Source: Octopus vulgaris (Eukaryota). Taken from it: DNA of 64,000 bases. Below are positions 42,048-55,797 of this stretch, piece after piece (position 1 is the stretch's first letter; every line of letters starts with the position of its first letter). Under the pieces are notes generated by a model. That model was not told where the DNA came from and searched no databases. It worked only from the letters and a program-made list of their open reading frames with translations. The stretch lies in the NCBI GenBank assembly GCA_951406725.2, contig OX597816.1, positions 69,006,001 through 69,070,000 on the forward strand, given 5' to 3'. A program made the translations under genes and the position numbers.

Positions 42048-42128
42048 TCCCGGGTTGATTCGGGGTTAACCACAGTAAATAAGGTACTCAATACATAGCA
42101 GAGTAAAATTAATTTATTATATAGAAGG

Positions 42129-42179
42129 AGCTTCTACAGGACTAGAACTGTTTCATTCAAGAGAAATCTTCAGGAAGCT
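42129..42179 (-). ncRNA. Type I hammerhead ribozyme motif with all three stems
   Basis: Minus: AGCTTC CTGAAGA T TTC tctt GAA T GAAA CAG ttctagtc CTG TA GAAGCT. Lies within a ~42046-42390 element ending in (TA)n. Confidence 0.7.
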
Positions 42180-42451
42180 AGTAACAAGAATTGTATTGGC
42201 ATTTATACATTTAGGCAGGTTTAAAGGGGTGGTGGTGGGGGACTTTTTGGGGGTAGGCATAGCGCAAAAATATCATACTTGGGGGAGTGGTCAAGGAGTC
42301 AGTGGTAAATTAGATAAAAGAATAAATAAAAGAATAAAAAAATATATAGAAGAATAGAGTTTTAGGTAAATAAGGAGATTCTCACTTATACCTATACTCA
42401 TATGTATACATATATACACACACACACACACATATACATACACACATGCAT

Positions 42452-42567
<116 letters not shown>

Positions 42568-42731
42568 ATATATATATACACACACGACCACACATACATA
42601 TACACACAAAAAATATATATACATACACACACATACACATACACACATACACACACATATCCACATACACACATGCACACACAACACACAAGTCCCATAT
42701 ATATATACACACACAATATATATATATATAT

Positions 42732-42783
<52 letters not shown>

Positions 42784-43879
42784 GTGTACCTATACATACC
42801 TACACATACACACATATACATACAGATACAAACCCATTCCCTAATTTTAATTTTATTATCTTCATTTATTACTTTTGTATATATACATATATATATATAC
42901 ATATACATATATATATATATATATAAACTTACGTGAATATAGCTGACATCATCACCACAATCAACGCTTAACGCCAGTTTTCCATGCTGGCATGGGTTGG
43001 ACATCTCTCTCTCTCTGTATGTATATATATATATATATATATATGCTTGTGCACTTGTGTATGCACACATGCATTCATTTATATATATACGTTATTAAAT
43101 AGGCTATATTTAATGACACTTATCGTTTTATTCTTGGTGAAACTCTGCTAACTAGCTGTCTCATTGAATTACATGTACATATACATACACACTGACACAC
43201 CCACCCACACAAACACACACCCATATATACATACTTGCTGCGGCATTCTTAATGTATAAATTATTCAATATTCAAATGGAAAAATCGTGAGCACTACGGT
43301 GAAAGCAAATTGTTGTCATATGTAAATTAATGTCAATAATTTTAACAATCAACTTTCAATAAATAAACTGTAAAACATTTCTTGTACAAGGAAATAGGTG
43401 AGTGAATATATAAGCCACACGCAGTAAAAAGCATGCATCCAGCCCTTCATCCAGCCACCTACCCATCCATCCATCCCTCCATCCATCCATACGTACATAT
43501 ATACACACATAGATACGCATACATAGATAGATATACATATATACACACATAGATATACATACATAGACAGATATTTATATATATACAATCTTACATATGT
43601 GTGTGTGTGTGCATGTAGGTATGTATGTAAACAGGTATGCATATATTGTGTCTTAGCATCAGCCCTTTAAAGAGCACTTTCGTACCAAATTCGACCGTTA
43701 AATTCACGTTACATAAAAATTTCCGTCATATATTCTTGTTGTGTGATATTCTTGTTCGAAATATAAGATATGTTTACTGCGAGCGAACATCTGCAGCAGA
43801 AATGAGTCACTACACAGATCTTACAGCTAAAGAAAGAAACTGACATCTCAGGAAATATATTTCAAGTAATAGAGAATTT

Positions 43880-44198
43880 GTGGAGGCGAATTGGCCCAAT
43901 GGTTATGGCAGCGGACTCGCGGTCGGGGGATCGCGTTTTCGATTCCCAGACTGGGCGTTGTGTGTTTATTGAGCGAAAACACCTAAAGCTCCACGAGACT
44001 CCGGCAGGGGGTGGTGGCGACCCCTGTTGTACTCTTTCGCCCCAACTTTCTCTCACTCTTTCTTCCTGTTTCTTGAATAACGCTGCGATGGAAAGGCGTC
44101 CCGTCCAGCTGGGGGGAACACATACGCCACAAAAACCGGGAAACCGGGCACATGAGCATGGCTAGGCTTGAAAAGGGCGCATAAATAAAAAAAAATAA
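43880..44198 (+). mobile_element. Full-length tRNA-derived SINE (family D) with 12-bp TSD
   Basis: A/B-box head and A-rich tail. TSD aatagagaattt at 43868-43879 and 44199-44210. Confidence 0.9.
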
Positions 44199-44409
44199 AA
44201 TAGAGAATTTAGCAGTTTTTATCTAATATGAAAGTACTTCAATTTCACCAAAGAAATGGTCGCTGACTGAACCAATTATTAGTAAGGTAAAATTAGGAAA
44301 GTCTATGTATGTATATGTATGCATACATGCATACATATGAATATATGTATGTATATATATTACGTATGTACTTTTATATAGATACTTCGTGTCTTATCTA
44401 GAAATGATA

Positions 44410-45020
44410 TTCACCCGGGGCTCTTAAGCTGGCTTTCTATTGAGTTCACCGTGTTACGGGTCGAAGCGATCTGAGTCTTCAGCCTGTTGAAGCCATTTGC
44501 CGTTTCAGCGTCGAACGCCAAAAACTCGACGGCGGGAAACGAGCTCCATATTTCCTTTGACAGTTATGAGCCACGTCTTCAGCTGACCGTCCTGGAGGAG
44601 GATCTAGTGGTAACGCCTACCAGATGATTTTGACGTAGATGGGCCACAACGCATGACCGAATCACTGTAGTCTCCTTGTCTGGAGAGTCCGCTCAAGAGG
44701 TAAGAGACCACAGCGAGCATAGAGTTGTGGGCTCGAAACGTAATCCGAGATACGCAGTCGGAGAAGATGACGTTTACAAAACCAATCAAAGACCTCCAGA
44801 TTCTGGACGTCAGCAACATGCATTGGCCAGGTCTCACAACCATAGAGGAAAACATTTCGGACAAGCGCCTGGTAAATACTAAATTGCATCATGGGAGGCA
44901 TTTCCCGAAATGACCACAGGAACTTATGGAGTCGGTGGTGAGCCGACCAAGCGCAATTGATCCGAATGAAGATCTCGTCTATCCTTTGGTCAGTAGCGGT
45001 AAACGTGGTTCCGAGGTATA
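44410..45020 (-). mobile_element. RTE-clade LINE 3' fragment
   Basis: YLGT...DEIFIRINCAWSA...IYQALVRNVFLYGCETW...LEVFD..C.R.LLR, the RTE post-RT signature. Confidence 0.9.
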
Positions 45021-45124
45021 CATACATACAACATACATATATACTGTGAAAATTATAAGGGTAGAACATTTAGAAAACCTTTCATACCAGTAACTAGCGT
45101 GCGTAATATATATATATATATACG

Positions 45125-45277
45125 ATAGGCTTTTTGCACTTTCCATCTACCAAAACCACACACGAGGCTTGTAACGGAGGCTATAGTAGAAGGCACTTTC
45201 TTAAGTTGCTACGTGGTGGGGCTGCACCATTTGCTTGGGGAGAAATCTTCTTACCACACCGCAGCGCGTGCGCCTAC
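45125..45277 (-). mobile_element. SINE family A 5' fragment
   Basis: gaggctatagtagaagg...ttcttaccacac homology to the other family A copies. Confidence 0.6.
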
Positions 45278-45829
45278 ACACACACTAACACTTATACACA
45301 TGTACATATACATATACGTATCAATTGATACATATACACATACATATACATAGGCACAAACACACACGAACTTACGCACACACACACTCACACACGTATG
45401 TATTTTTGTATTCCATTTAAAATCTGTTCACTGTATGTGGATACCTGATGTCATCAAAACTATGGATTTAAATACCACTGGATTTACGCCAGTAATTCTT
45501 TCGTGGCCGTAGGATTTATAGCATATTAGAGAAACGGAAAGGAAATCGACTTCACGAGATTCTTTATTAATCGCTCTGATCGTTTCAAACCATTGTGCAT
45601 CTGTCCTTCGCGGCCTCTCGTATCTGCGAATAGCTACAGACAACTACCAAGAGGTATTCTAATCGATGTAATGATTACCAGGTTCGAAAATGTTCTGGGC
45701 CTTTTAAGCTGTATTTTGATGGAGATTCGACTCCATTTTCCTCTTCATCTAGTTACATCATAACTGCTTCATTGTTGCCTAGACCTATAGTTTGGTAATC
45801 TGATGCAACATATATATATATATATATAA

Positions 45830-46118
45830 ACAATTGCAGCGTGGAAGGTGTTTATAAGCCATTTAAGAAACACACACAAATCGTTAGATTCATTTCAACA
45901 TTTGAGACCGCGACCTGTTCACTGAAAAAACGCAGTACAAAGTTTTGCCAGCGGTCTCAAAGCGACGAAAATATTTTGACAAATTAAATTTAAATGTTGA
46001 AGTGAATCTAACGGTTTTTGTGTGTTTCTTAAATGGCTTATAAACACCTTCCACGCTGCAATTGTTTTCGACCCTGCACACGATCTCAGATCAAGTCACT
46101 CGCTATGCAAGTACATCT
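45830..46118 (+). mobile_element. Fold-back element, family H2 (internally deleted)
   Basis: 45830-45903 is inverted to ~45992-46065. Homologous to 62724-63522. Retains GTGAACAG-GTCGC on the - strand and GCGAC-GAAAATATTTTGACAAA on the + strand. Confidence 0.85.
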
Positions 46119-47067
46119 ATATGTGTATATATATATATAAATTTATTACACTTCGATACGTAGATCCAAGCACATATATACAGCCAGTTTTTTAAAAATA
46201 TCATGTTATTTCCCTTGAAAACATAAATAACATTGTATATAAAAATTGAGTTTTAAAATGTTTCAAATAATTTTACGTTCCTTTTCATTTAGAATCTGTT
46301 ATAAATTACATTTAAATTTGTTATTTATTTATATACACGTCGATTATTTCACTTTATCGGTAACATGTTTACATGAAAAGATATATAATCTGATCTTAAA
46401 CTACCAATATAATTCTTTCAACGTGTAGACTATATAAGCTAAAATGATAGTGAAGTTGATAGTTCTGATCGAATTGATTACATATATCTTCATTATTTTT
46501 ATTTTTCTCCTTACTTTAGTCATTATTTTCCCTGTGTCTTGCTGACAAACTCGTAGTTCTTTTGCTGTATTTTATGTGCGGCAAAGGCATCCGATGAGAG
46601 ATATTACAAATTTTAATCACGAAACACAGTTACAATTTTATATCGTACCAAACAGATAATATCTTTTACATCAATAACAAAATATAATGTATATATGTCT
46701 GAAAAAAGTGAATTGCCATAAAAAAAAATACCTCGAAGTTTGTTGGCAGCGGTATAGATGGTTGTGAAGATGAAATTACATGACAAAATTTTACATAATG
46801 AGACAAGCAGTAATAACATTATAAATAATAGCGGTGATGATAATAATTTGAATGATGGTGTTTGGTTACAGAGGTAGTAAAACTGGTGTTATCAGATATT
46901 TTGTAAAATTTCAACGGGGTTGAAGACGGAAAATATATTTTAAAGAAAGGAAGAGAAATAAGGAAATAAACGTAAAAAAGCTTGCACAGAAGCTGTGACA
47001 AGACACGAACTAAACATCAGATCACGCTGTAACATATAAATACATTGATATACATATATGTAAGCGT

Positions 47068-47111
<44 letters not shown>

Positions 47112-47214
47112 GTGCCTGTATATATTTATCTATATATATATGTGTGTGTGTGTGATTTTATAAATATATATGTACATAGAACAAAAGTACATAGGTATAT
47201 GTATTTAAATGTAT

Positions 47215-47420
47215 AATTATTTACATGATTTGCATTTGACGGATATTTGTCCTGATCTTTTTTGTTGTTAACACAGTGTTTCGGCTGATATACCCTCCAG
47301 CCTTCATCAGGGTATCCCAGCTGAAACGTTGTGTTCAAAACCAACAAGACGAGGACAAAAATAATATAATTAATGTACATAATTCCTCATCTCTTGAATA
47401 TTGAACTGTATTAAATGTAT
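47215..47420. mobile_element. Diverged fold-back element with HHR motif (- strand 47268-47316)
   Basis: Minus: CTGATGA A GGCTG gagggtatat CAGCC GAAA cac tgtgtt. The opposite arm retains cagctGAAACGTTgtgtt. Confidence 0.65.
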
Positions 47421-47430
47421 GTTTATTTGA

Positions 47431-47485
<55 letters not shown>

Positions 47486-47499
47486 CATAGATGCATACA

Positions 47500-47752
47500 T
47501 ACAATAATCATTATAATAATCATTATACCTGCTCCTCATCCTCCTCTTTCTCATCATAACCATCATTATCGTCTTCAACATCATCATCATCGCTATCAAC
47601 ATCATTGACATCGCCATACTCCTCGTTCTTCACGTCGCCATTTTTATTTCCATCGATGTATTTCTCATAAGAAATGGAAATATGAAAGGATAAATACATC
47701 ACAACTGGCACTCATATAACAATAAAATGCACTACTACTACAACTACTACTA

Positions 47753-47807
<55 letters not shown>

Positions 47808-47809
47808 TG

Positions 47810-47861
<52 letters not shown>

Positions 47862-48016
47862 CACCACCACCACCACCACCACCACCACCACAACCACCAC
47901 CACCACCACTACTACTACTACTTCTACTACTACTACAACAACAACTGCCACGGATGCTGCTACTGCTACTGCACTCCTGCTATTACTATTACTACTGTTA
48001 TTATTCTCCACTACTG

Positions 48017-48054
<38 letters not shown>

Positions 48055-48250
48055 CATCATCATCATCATCATCATCATTGTTATTACCATTGTTATCATT
48101 ATCATCATCATCCTCATCTTTATTATTATTATTATAATTGCTATCATCATCATCATCATCATCGTCGTCGTCGTGAACATCTTCGTGAACATCAAGGAAT
48201 AATAGCAGAATTACTAATGGCTAAAATTATTATTATTATTATTATTATTT
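47500..48250. repeat. Trinucleotide low-complexity array (CAT/CTA/CCA/ATT)
   Basis: Direct inspection. Confidence 0.9.
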
Positions 48251-48757
48251 TCATTCTTTTACCTCTGAGATCAAAAGCGTAATAAATAAATATATGATAG
48301 CAAATACTGCGCTGATGAGTAAAAATTTACGAATTTACGATAACGTTGAACGAAATGGTAACACACCAACGATTAGTGAATGAAGAAATTAATGAAATAT
48401 GGTCATTCAATGCTAAATATGTCTCTCGAAAGACGATTCTCAATTTTATGAACACAATATTATTATTGATTCTCTGTTTGCAACACCGTATCAAACCAGG
48501 GTGATTTATGGCTCCATTTAAAATTAATTAGTCTCTTAATGTTGTTTCTTCTTTCTCACCACTTTTTATGTAGGTTCTGTGTGGTTTTGCGCCGCATGGG
48601 AGCTTGGGCGTATGTATGTGTGTTTGTGTATGTGTGTGTGTATGAGTATGTTTATGTGTGTGTGTGTAATTGTTTATGCGCCTCTTGATAGGCGTATATG
48701 TTTATATACATATATATGAATATATATCTTAGGGGGGATGTGTATGTGTGTGTAAAT

Positions 48758-48790
<33 letters not shown>

Positions 48791-48934
48791 CATATATATA
48801 AATATATATATATATGATATATATGTATATATGTATATTATATATATGATATAGACATATATATATTATATGTATGCATGCATACACTTATACATATATA
48901 AATTTTTCGTATACACACATATATATATATATAT

Positions 48935-49148
48935 AAAGTTAATCCAAACATGAAGACACAAAGAAAAAACACAACAACGCGAGGACGTGGATCAAGTATA
49001 ATATTATTGGACGCCAAGAAAGAAGGAAAGAAGGAGTGTTTAACGTTTCGAGCGGAGCTCTTCGTCAGAAACATAGGAAAATGAACGATCCAAAGAAGGG
49101 AAGACGGAGGGAAAAAAATCGCCAACGGTACACACACGGTCACATTTT
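48935..49148 (-). mobile_element. HHR-bearing short element (family H1)
   Basis: Homologous to 10140-10318. Flanked by (TA)-rich tracts. Confidence 0.8.
49037..49073 (-). ncRNA. Minimal (dimer-type) hammerhead ribozyme, canonical core
   Basis: Minus: TGTTT CTGACGA A GAGC tcc GCTC GAAA CG TT AAACA. 5-bp stem I, 4-bp stem II, palindromic ACGT stem III. Confidence 0.8.
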
Positions 49149-49253
49149 ATATACATATATAAACATGTATAAGTATATATATATATATATATATATAATT
49201 GCATACCTATATTTATGTATTCATGCATATATATATATATATACATACGTATA

Positions 49254-49302
<49 letters not shown>

Positions 49303-50039
49303 GTATGTATATTACCTACATATATTATATATTGTACTTAAATATACATATTATCTTTTCATGTTGGATTGTAATTTTTTCCTGCGGACACTACCATTTT
49401 CACCATCTTTGTCTTCTCAGGACTATCTCTTTTTCCCCGCTTCTCTTATTGATGTCTCAATCTCCGATACGTTCGTAAATATTTGCTAGTTGTCTTTATA
49501 AGAACATCACATTACAACTTTTCGCTTATCAGCTTTTCATCATATCAAAATTTCTATTATAGTAGTTTTGTATCTTCTTGGATTTTGTAAATCTATTCAA
49601 TTTTTATTCATTAATCAATTAATTTATGAGTTTTTTCTATGCTAATAATTTTTTCCCGAAAATTTCTTCTAATATTCTCTAAAATTTTCTTCATCTGAAC
49701 TCATTTATTAATTGTACCGTGTGTATTTGAACGATACATCGATGGATTTATCACCCGTAGAATATAGTGTCACCTACGAAGTTATGAATTTGACGAGGTA
49801 GAGCATTCAGTGTTGCTGCATAATCTGTCTCTCTCTGGAGAATTGCAGAGTCTATCGTTTAAACAGAAACGGACGTCAATGGGGCTATTCATTTTCTTAA
49901 AGTATATTTTAAATAAAAGGGGTGGGTTTTCAGAGATATTTTCGTTGCCCCAGGTGGCGCCATTCTATATCGGCAGGAATTTTGGCTTCGATAAGTGTAC
50001 TAAAGCAATTGTATGAGGTAAGCTCAGACAAATAGCTTC

Positions 50040-51620
50040 CATTAAATTAGATACCGACGCTACCATCATGTAGCTAAACCTACGAGAAAGGTATGAATAT
50101 CTGGGGATAAACGAAGAAGGTATACAACATGAAGGAAAAAATAAGAAAGGAGAACTACAGGAGAATAAGACTCATACAAAAAGCTGATCTCAGCTTCAAA
50201 AATCACATTGAAACCATTAACACCCTGGCATTTGTAGCAGTCTAATAAAGTTTAACATCATTAAATGGAATTCTGCTGAGCTTCAATGCCTGGATAGGGA
50301 AACAAGAAAACTACTAACAACGAAGAACATACACCACCCAAAAGCAGACGTTGGTCGTCTCTACCTGTCTAGAAGTAATGGGGGAAGAGGAATGATGCAG
50401 GTAAAACTGTGCTATAAGACCTCCACAGAGGTACTTATCTAGTACAGACTGGATGCCATGGCTTGTGTGCAAACACGAAAGCAGCATAAAATCACAATCT
50501 ATGGTCAAGAATGCATGCAAATTTGCATGGGTATCTGGCATTAATACTGTATTAGATGAAGAATCTGAACGCATTGCCACCAAACAAGCAAAATCGATCA
50601 AGCAGCCTGCAAAAAAGAACGGCGTGAAACAAATTGAGGAGCGGTGGAGCCAGAAGCCTCTGCGTGGACAGTATATACTTCGAAACCGAAATGCTGATTT
50701 AGACCAAGCAACAACCTATCAGTGGATGAAAAATTAAGCACTGAAAGTAGTGACGGCAGATTCCATATTGGCGGCACAAGACCAAAGATTGCTTATCAAA
50801 ATCTACCTGGCTACAGTTCTTCAAAACGGTTCTGACTCTACACCTTTGACAAAACAATAGACCATCTCGTCTAAGAAGAAGAAGAAGAAGAAGAAGAGGG
50901 AGGAGGAGGACAAGAAGACGAAGAAGAAGAAGAAGAAGAATAGTGTTAAGGACCAACTATGAGAAATGCAGAGCGTGTGATGAGAGGGGTGAAACAGTTG
51001 GCACATCGTCAGTGAAAGCCCGAAATTGGCACAATGAGATACACAGGGTGACATGCCAATGTGGCAAGACTGTTCCGTTGGAAGCTCTGTGGAAATCACG
51101 GCCTACAAAGATCAAATACGTGTTATGTGCAAACCCCAGAAAGTGTCACAGAGAAGGAGAATTTCAAAATCTTGTGGGATGCAATGATTCAGGGAGATCA
51201 CGTGACCGAACATCGGAAACCAGATTGTTGTGGTGAAAAAACGAAAAAGAACATGCATGATAATTGACATAACATGCCCCGGTGACAACAGGATGAAGGA
51301 GAAAGAAGGAAAAATAAATAACTATGGCGATTTGAAGTTTGAAATACGAAGGTTGGTCAATGAGGAGAGTAGAGGTGATACCAATAGCAATTGGTGCACT
51401 TGGAAGTACCAGCACTCAACCACGAACATAGCTCAAAAAGACTGATGCAAGTACGTTGGCAGAACACCTATAAAAATCAGCATTGCTTGGAAATGCAAGA
51501 ATTCTGCGCAGGGTTCTTGCAGCATGACTAGTAAACAAGTGCCACCTTAGTCTGCTGGCTGTAGACAGCTGACACTTTGTATTATATCCAGCAAAATAAG
51601 GTGTATTTTCATCACCCGAA
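50040..51620 (+). mobile_element. R4/Dong/Rex6-clade non-LTR retrotransposon 3' half, decayed
   Basis: YEYLGINE, HHPKADVGRLYL, ILAAQDQ, CRACDERGETV.HIVS, KILWDAMIQGDHVTEHRKPD and CMIIDITCPGD (RLE endonuclease). Interrupted by (GAA)n at ~50875-50940. Confidence 0.9.
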
Positions 51621-51804
51621 AGAGGTTGTCTGGTGGACGAGGCTGAACAGATTGAGGACAGAAACGTTCCTGCCTAATAAAGCACTCATCGACATTTTCA
51701 AGTTTCACTTGAAGACGAAAGTGAAATCCATACGGCTGTGCTCACACCTACTACCCACATCCTTAGAAAAATCCTATGCATTTAAATGTATACTTTTAAA
51801 ATCC

Positions 51805-52196
51805 CTTTTACTCTTTTACTTGTTTCAGTTATTTGATTGTGGCCATGCTGGAGCACCGCCTTTAGTCGAGCAAATCGACACGAGGACTTATTCTTTGTAA
51901 GCCTAGTACTTATTCTGTCGGTTACTTTTGTCGAACCGCTAAGTTAAACACCAGCATCTGTTTTCATGCGATGTTGAGGGAACAAACACGGACACACAAA
52001 CGTATACACACACATATATATATGCATATATACGACGGGCTTCTTTCAGTTTCTGTCTATCAAATCCACTCGCAAGGCTTTGGTCGGCCCGAGGCTATAG
52101 TAGAAGACATTTGCCCAAGGTACCACGCAGTGAGACTGAACCCGGAACAATGTGGTTGGTAAGCAAGTTACTTACCACACAGCCACTACCACGCCT
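51805..52196 (-). mobile_element. Near full-length SINE (family A)
   Basis: Homologous end-to-end with 30077-30491. Confidence 0.9.
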
Positions 52197-52359
52197 GTCT
52201 CTGTTATCTTACATAAGGATAATTCACTATCTTCCACCCCTCCCGATCGTTCAACATATCTTACTCTACACTCGCCCCAGGACGCTGGGTATGTCTCGGC
52301 AAGTGACTGTAACAAAGTGGCAGATTAAAAGTAATAATGACACTAATAATTCGTACTAT

Positions 52360-52505
52360 TAAAGGCACAACACCAAAAATTTGGGGGAGATGGATAGTCG
52401 ATTACGTCGACCTCGGCGGAATTTGAACTCAGAATGTAGCGACAGATGAAATACACCAAAGCATTTCACTCGGTGTTCTAATGATTCTGCCAGCTCACCA
52501 CCTTA
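52360..52505 (-). mobile_element. SINE family B
   Basis: gtcgacctcggcggaatttgaactcagaatgtagc...ttctgccagctcacc. Confidence 0.8.
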
Positions 52506-52514
52506 CATATAACA

Positions 52515-52888
52515 CTAAGAATAATAATGCTTATGATTATTATTATTATTATTATTATTATTGTTGACGTTGTAGTTATTATTATAGTTGCTGTTGTTAT
52601 TATTACTATTACTATTATTATTGTTGTTGTTATTAATATTTTTATTTATATTATTATCATTATTATTACTATTACTATTATTATTATTATTATTATCATT
52701 ATTATTATTATTATTATTATTATTGCTATTATTATCATTATTATTACTATTATTATTATTATTATTACTATTATTATTGTCATTATTATTATTGCTATTA
52801 ATATTGTCATTATTATTATTGCTAATTTTATCGTTATTATTATCATTATTATTATTATTATTATTGCTATTATTATCATTATTATTAC

Positions 52889-52924
<36 letters not shown>

Positions 52925-53255
52925 TATTATTGTCATTATTATTATTGCTATTAATATTGTCATTATTATTATTGCTAATTTTATCGTTATTATTATTATT
53001 ATTATTATCATTATTATTGTGATTATTATTATTATCGTGATTATTATTATTACTGTTGTTGTTATTAATATTATTGCTATTATTATCATTATTACTGTTG
53101 TTATTATTATTGCTATTTTTATTATTATTGCTATTATTATTATTGTTATTATTATTATCATTGTTATTATTATTATTATTGCTTTTATTGTTATTATTAT
53201 TGCTATTATTGTTATTATTATTGTTATTATTATTATTATTATTGTTAAAATTGTT
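52515..53255. repeat. Degenerate (ATT)n array with 153-bp higher-order duplication
   Basis: Variant motif tgtcattattattattgctattaatattgtc...gctaattttatcg occurs at 52778 and 52931. Confidence 0.9.
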
Positions 53256-54151
53256 GTGGCTGTTCATGCCTTTTGTTTTTATCTTAGATGACCTACTCCA
53301 AGTCTCAGCCACAGGCGGCAAGTAACAATCAAGTAGACGTTTTACGATGGATGTTATTTATGATTAACAATGATAAATGTAAGGAGAAAGAGAGGAGATT
53401 CTGTTAAAAGTGTAATATTTCTCTTTTGAAAGTGTTTTAGGAGAACCATGTTTTTACATGTTGACAATGTTTTTACTGCTATTATCAATATTATTTTAAT
53501 TATTATTATTATTATTATTATTACTGTTGTTGTTGTTGTTGTTGTTATCATCATCATCATCATTATTATTATTATTGTTGTTGTTGCTCTTATTATTATT
53601 ATCATTATCATCTTATTTCCGTTCTGCTTCCATTCGTTACTGAATTTCTTCCTCACACCTAGGGCAGACAATCTCACTCTATACATTGGTAGGCCATTAA
53701 AATAAACACACCAGATTATTCATTTACGAAGTCATGTGATAAAGAAAAAAGGGAAGGAAGACAGAGAGAAAGAAATGAAAAAATAAAAAATAAAAAAAGT
53801 AAACACAGAAAATAAAAGGCGAAAAAGAACGAACATTTACAACGACAATGCACTTCTCAGTACCTGTGACCTAACAGGTCACACTATCTTTTTCACTTTT
53901 TTGGTAATACAGGAATGATGGATGCTTAAACAATTTTGTTACTTCCTTCTTTGATCATTCCAAGTGCAACCACTGGTATTGTAACCGTCTTGAGATGGAT
54001 GCCACACCTTTTCGATTTCAAGTAATAAATGTTTGTATTTTCTGAGCTTATAAAATTCTTTTGTTGAGATATTAAGGTCGTAGATATTAAGATTGAGATA
54101 TTAAGATCATGTCAATCAATAAAGTATATAAATAAAGAAAAGAACAACAAC

Positions 54152-54198
<47 letters not shown>

Positions 54199-54199
<1 letters not shown>

Positions 54200-54568
54200 T
54201 AGCAATAATAATAATAATAACTTGCCGGGTCATAGTGTTAGTGCATGCATATACAGCTGCGTGCGTGCGCACATACACGCGAGTAGTGTCCAAATCTTCG
54301 ACCAATAACATACAGCTAGCTAGCATTCAATTGGCGTATCAAGTGTCGGGCATTTTGGTTGTGTTTTGGATAGAAAATTCACAAAAATGTCACTTCTATT
54401 GATTTTTTAATGGCTTTACGGGATGACTGGGGAAATGTAACGATGTGCACGACCAATCGTGGACGGTTTTGAATGACCATAGAAAGTGCGAGCCCTCTAA
54501 CTGAAAGATTATTGATTTGTATAAAGGACACACACACAGACAAACATTTTGCCGTTTATATATATAGA
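54199..54568 (-). mobile_element. Non-autonomous Helitron with both termini
   Basis: Minus strand starts A|TCtatatatataaa and ends cccggcaa...gCTAG|T, inserted at an AT dinucleotide in (AAT)n. Confidence 0.7.
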
Positions 54569-54608
54569 TAATAATAATAATAATAATTATAATAATAATA
54601 ATAATAAA

Positions 54609-55081
54609 TGCCCTGATGCAGTACCAGGCAGTGGCTCTCATGGCTTCTGATCTTAACTGATTGGAAGTGTTATCATGTACATTGTTTTGTCTTGCTATAA
54701 AAGATGGGCCACAGCAAATATTCTGCTCAATACCACTTCTACTCAGTTGTTTGACCATAACAGTTGAGCATTAGTGGCTGAAAATATGAGCATCAGTCTG
54801 ATGACAAGCAGAAGTAGTGGGAGAGCTTCATAGCCATTCTTTGGGGATAATTCACCTCTAGAAACCAGTTTTCTTCAACACACTTAAACTGCCCTTATTC
54901 AGGAACCTTTTGAGCTGGATGGGCCACTAGACCTAAAGAAACTTATAACTGGGCCCAACTTGCAAGTTCATGTGCTGTTAGTATTGTTATCAGATGACCA
55001 TGTTGCGCATATATGGCTGTGATGCATGTGCATGGTCTTGTGGTATGCACTGCTCATTCACACAATGATAACAACAACAAC

Positions 55082-55136
<55 letters not shown>

Positions 55137-55540
55137 TGGCTTCTGATCTTAACTGATTGGAAGTGTTATCATGTACATTGTTTTGTCTTGGTATAAAAGA
55201 TGGGCTACAGCAAATATTCTGCTCAATACCACATATTTGCTTGTCAGTTGTTTGACCTTAACCAGTTGAGCATGTCCCTTAGTGGCTGACGATATGTGCA
55301 TCTCTTATTCAAGGACCTTTTGAGCGGGATGGGCTACTCAACCTGAAGAAAATTCTAACTGGGCCCCACCTGCAAGGTCATGTGCTGTTTATCTTGATAT
55401 GAGATCACCATGTCGCGCACATATGGTTGTGATGCATGTGCCTGGTGTACCCTTATCAGACGGGTAGTCATGATGGGTATACTGGGCTTCGTATACTTTA
55501 CCCCAGTGTCACTTTGATGGCATGAACTGCTCTCTCATTC

Positions 55541-55541
<1 letters not shown>
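54609..55541. mobile_element. Two tandem copies of the (AAT)n-embedded repeat (54609-55060; 55136-55541)
   Basis: Homologous to 24135-24690. Separated and flanked by (AAT)n. Confidence 0.9.
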
Positions 55542-55594
<53 letters not shown>

Positions 55595-55744
55595 TATTAT
55601 TATTATTATCATTATTATTATTATTATTATTATCATCATTATTGTTAAGGTAGTGAGCTGACAGAATCTTTACCGCTCCGGGCAAAATGCCTAGCGGAAT
55701 TTCGTCCTTCTTTACGTTTTGAGTTCAAATTCCGCATCCGTCTA

Positions 55745-55797
<53 letters not shown>

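Noticed and set aside
43882-43955. tRNA-like sequence (also 22528-22595 and family A heads)
   Set aside because: A/B boxes are present, but there is no full cloverleaf and the sequence continues into a SINE body with a TSD.
45428-45780. Complex-sequence minus-strand ORF (…QWFETIRAINKESREVDF…)
   Set aside because: Upstream in-frame stops and no recognisable family; probably a TE scrap.
52515-53325. 268-aa poly-Asn and 254-aa poly-Ile ORFs
   Set aside because: They come from an (ATT)n array and have no domain content.
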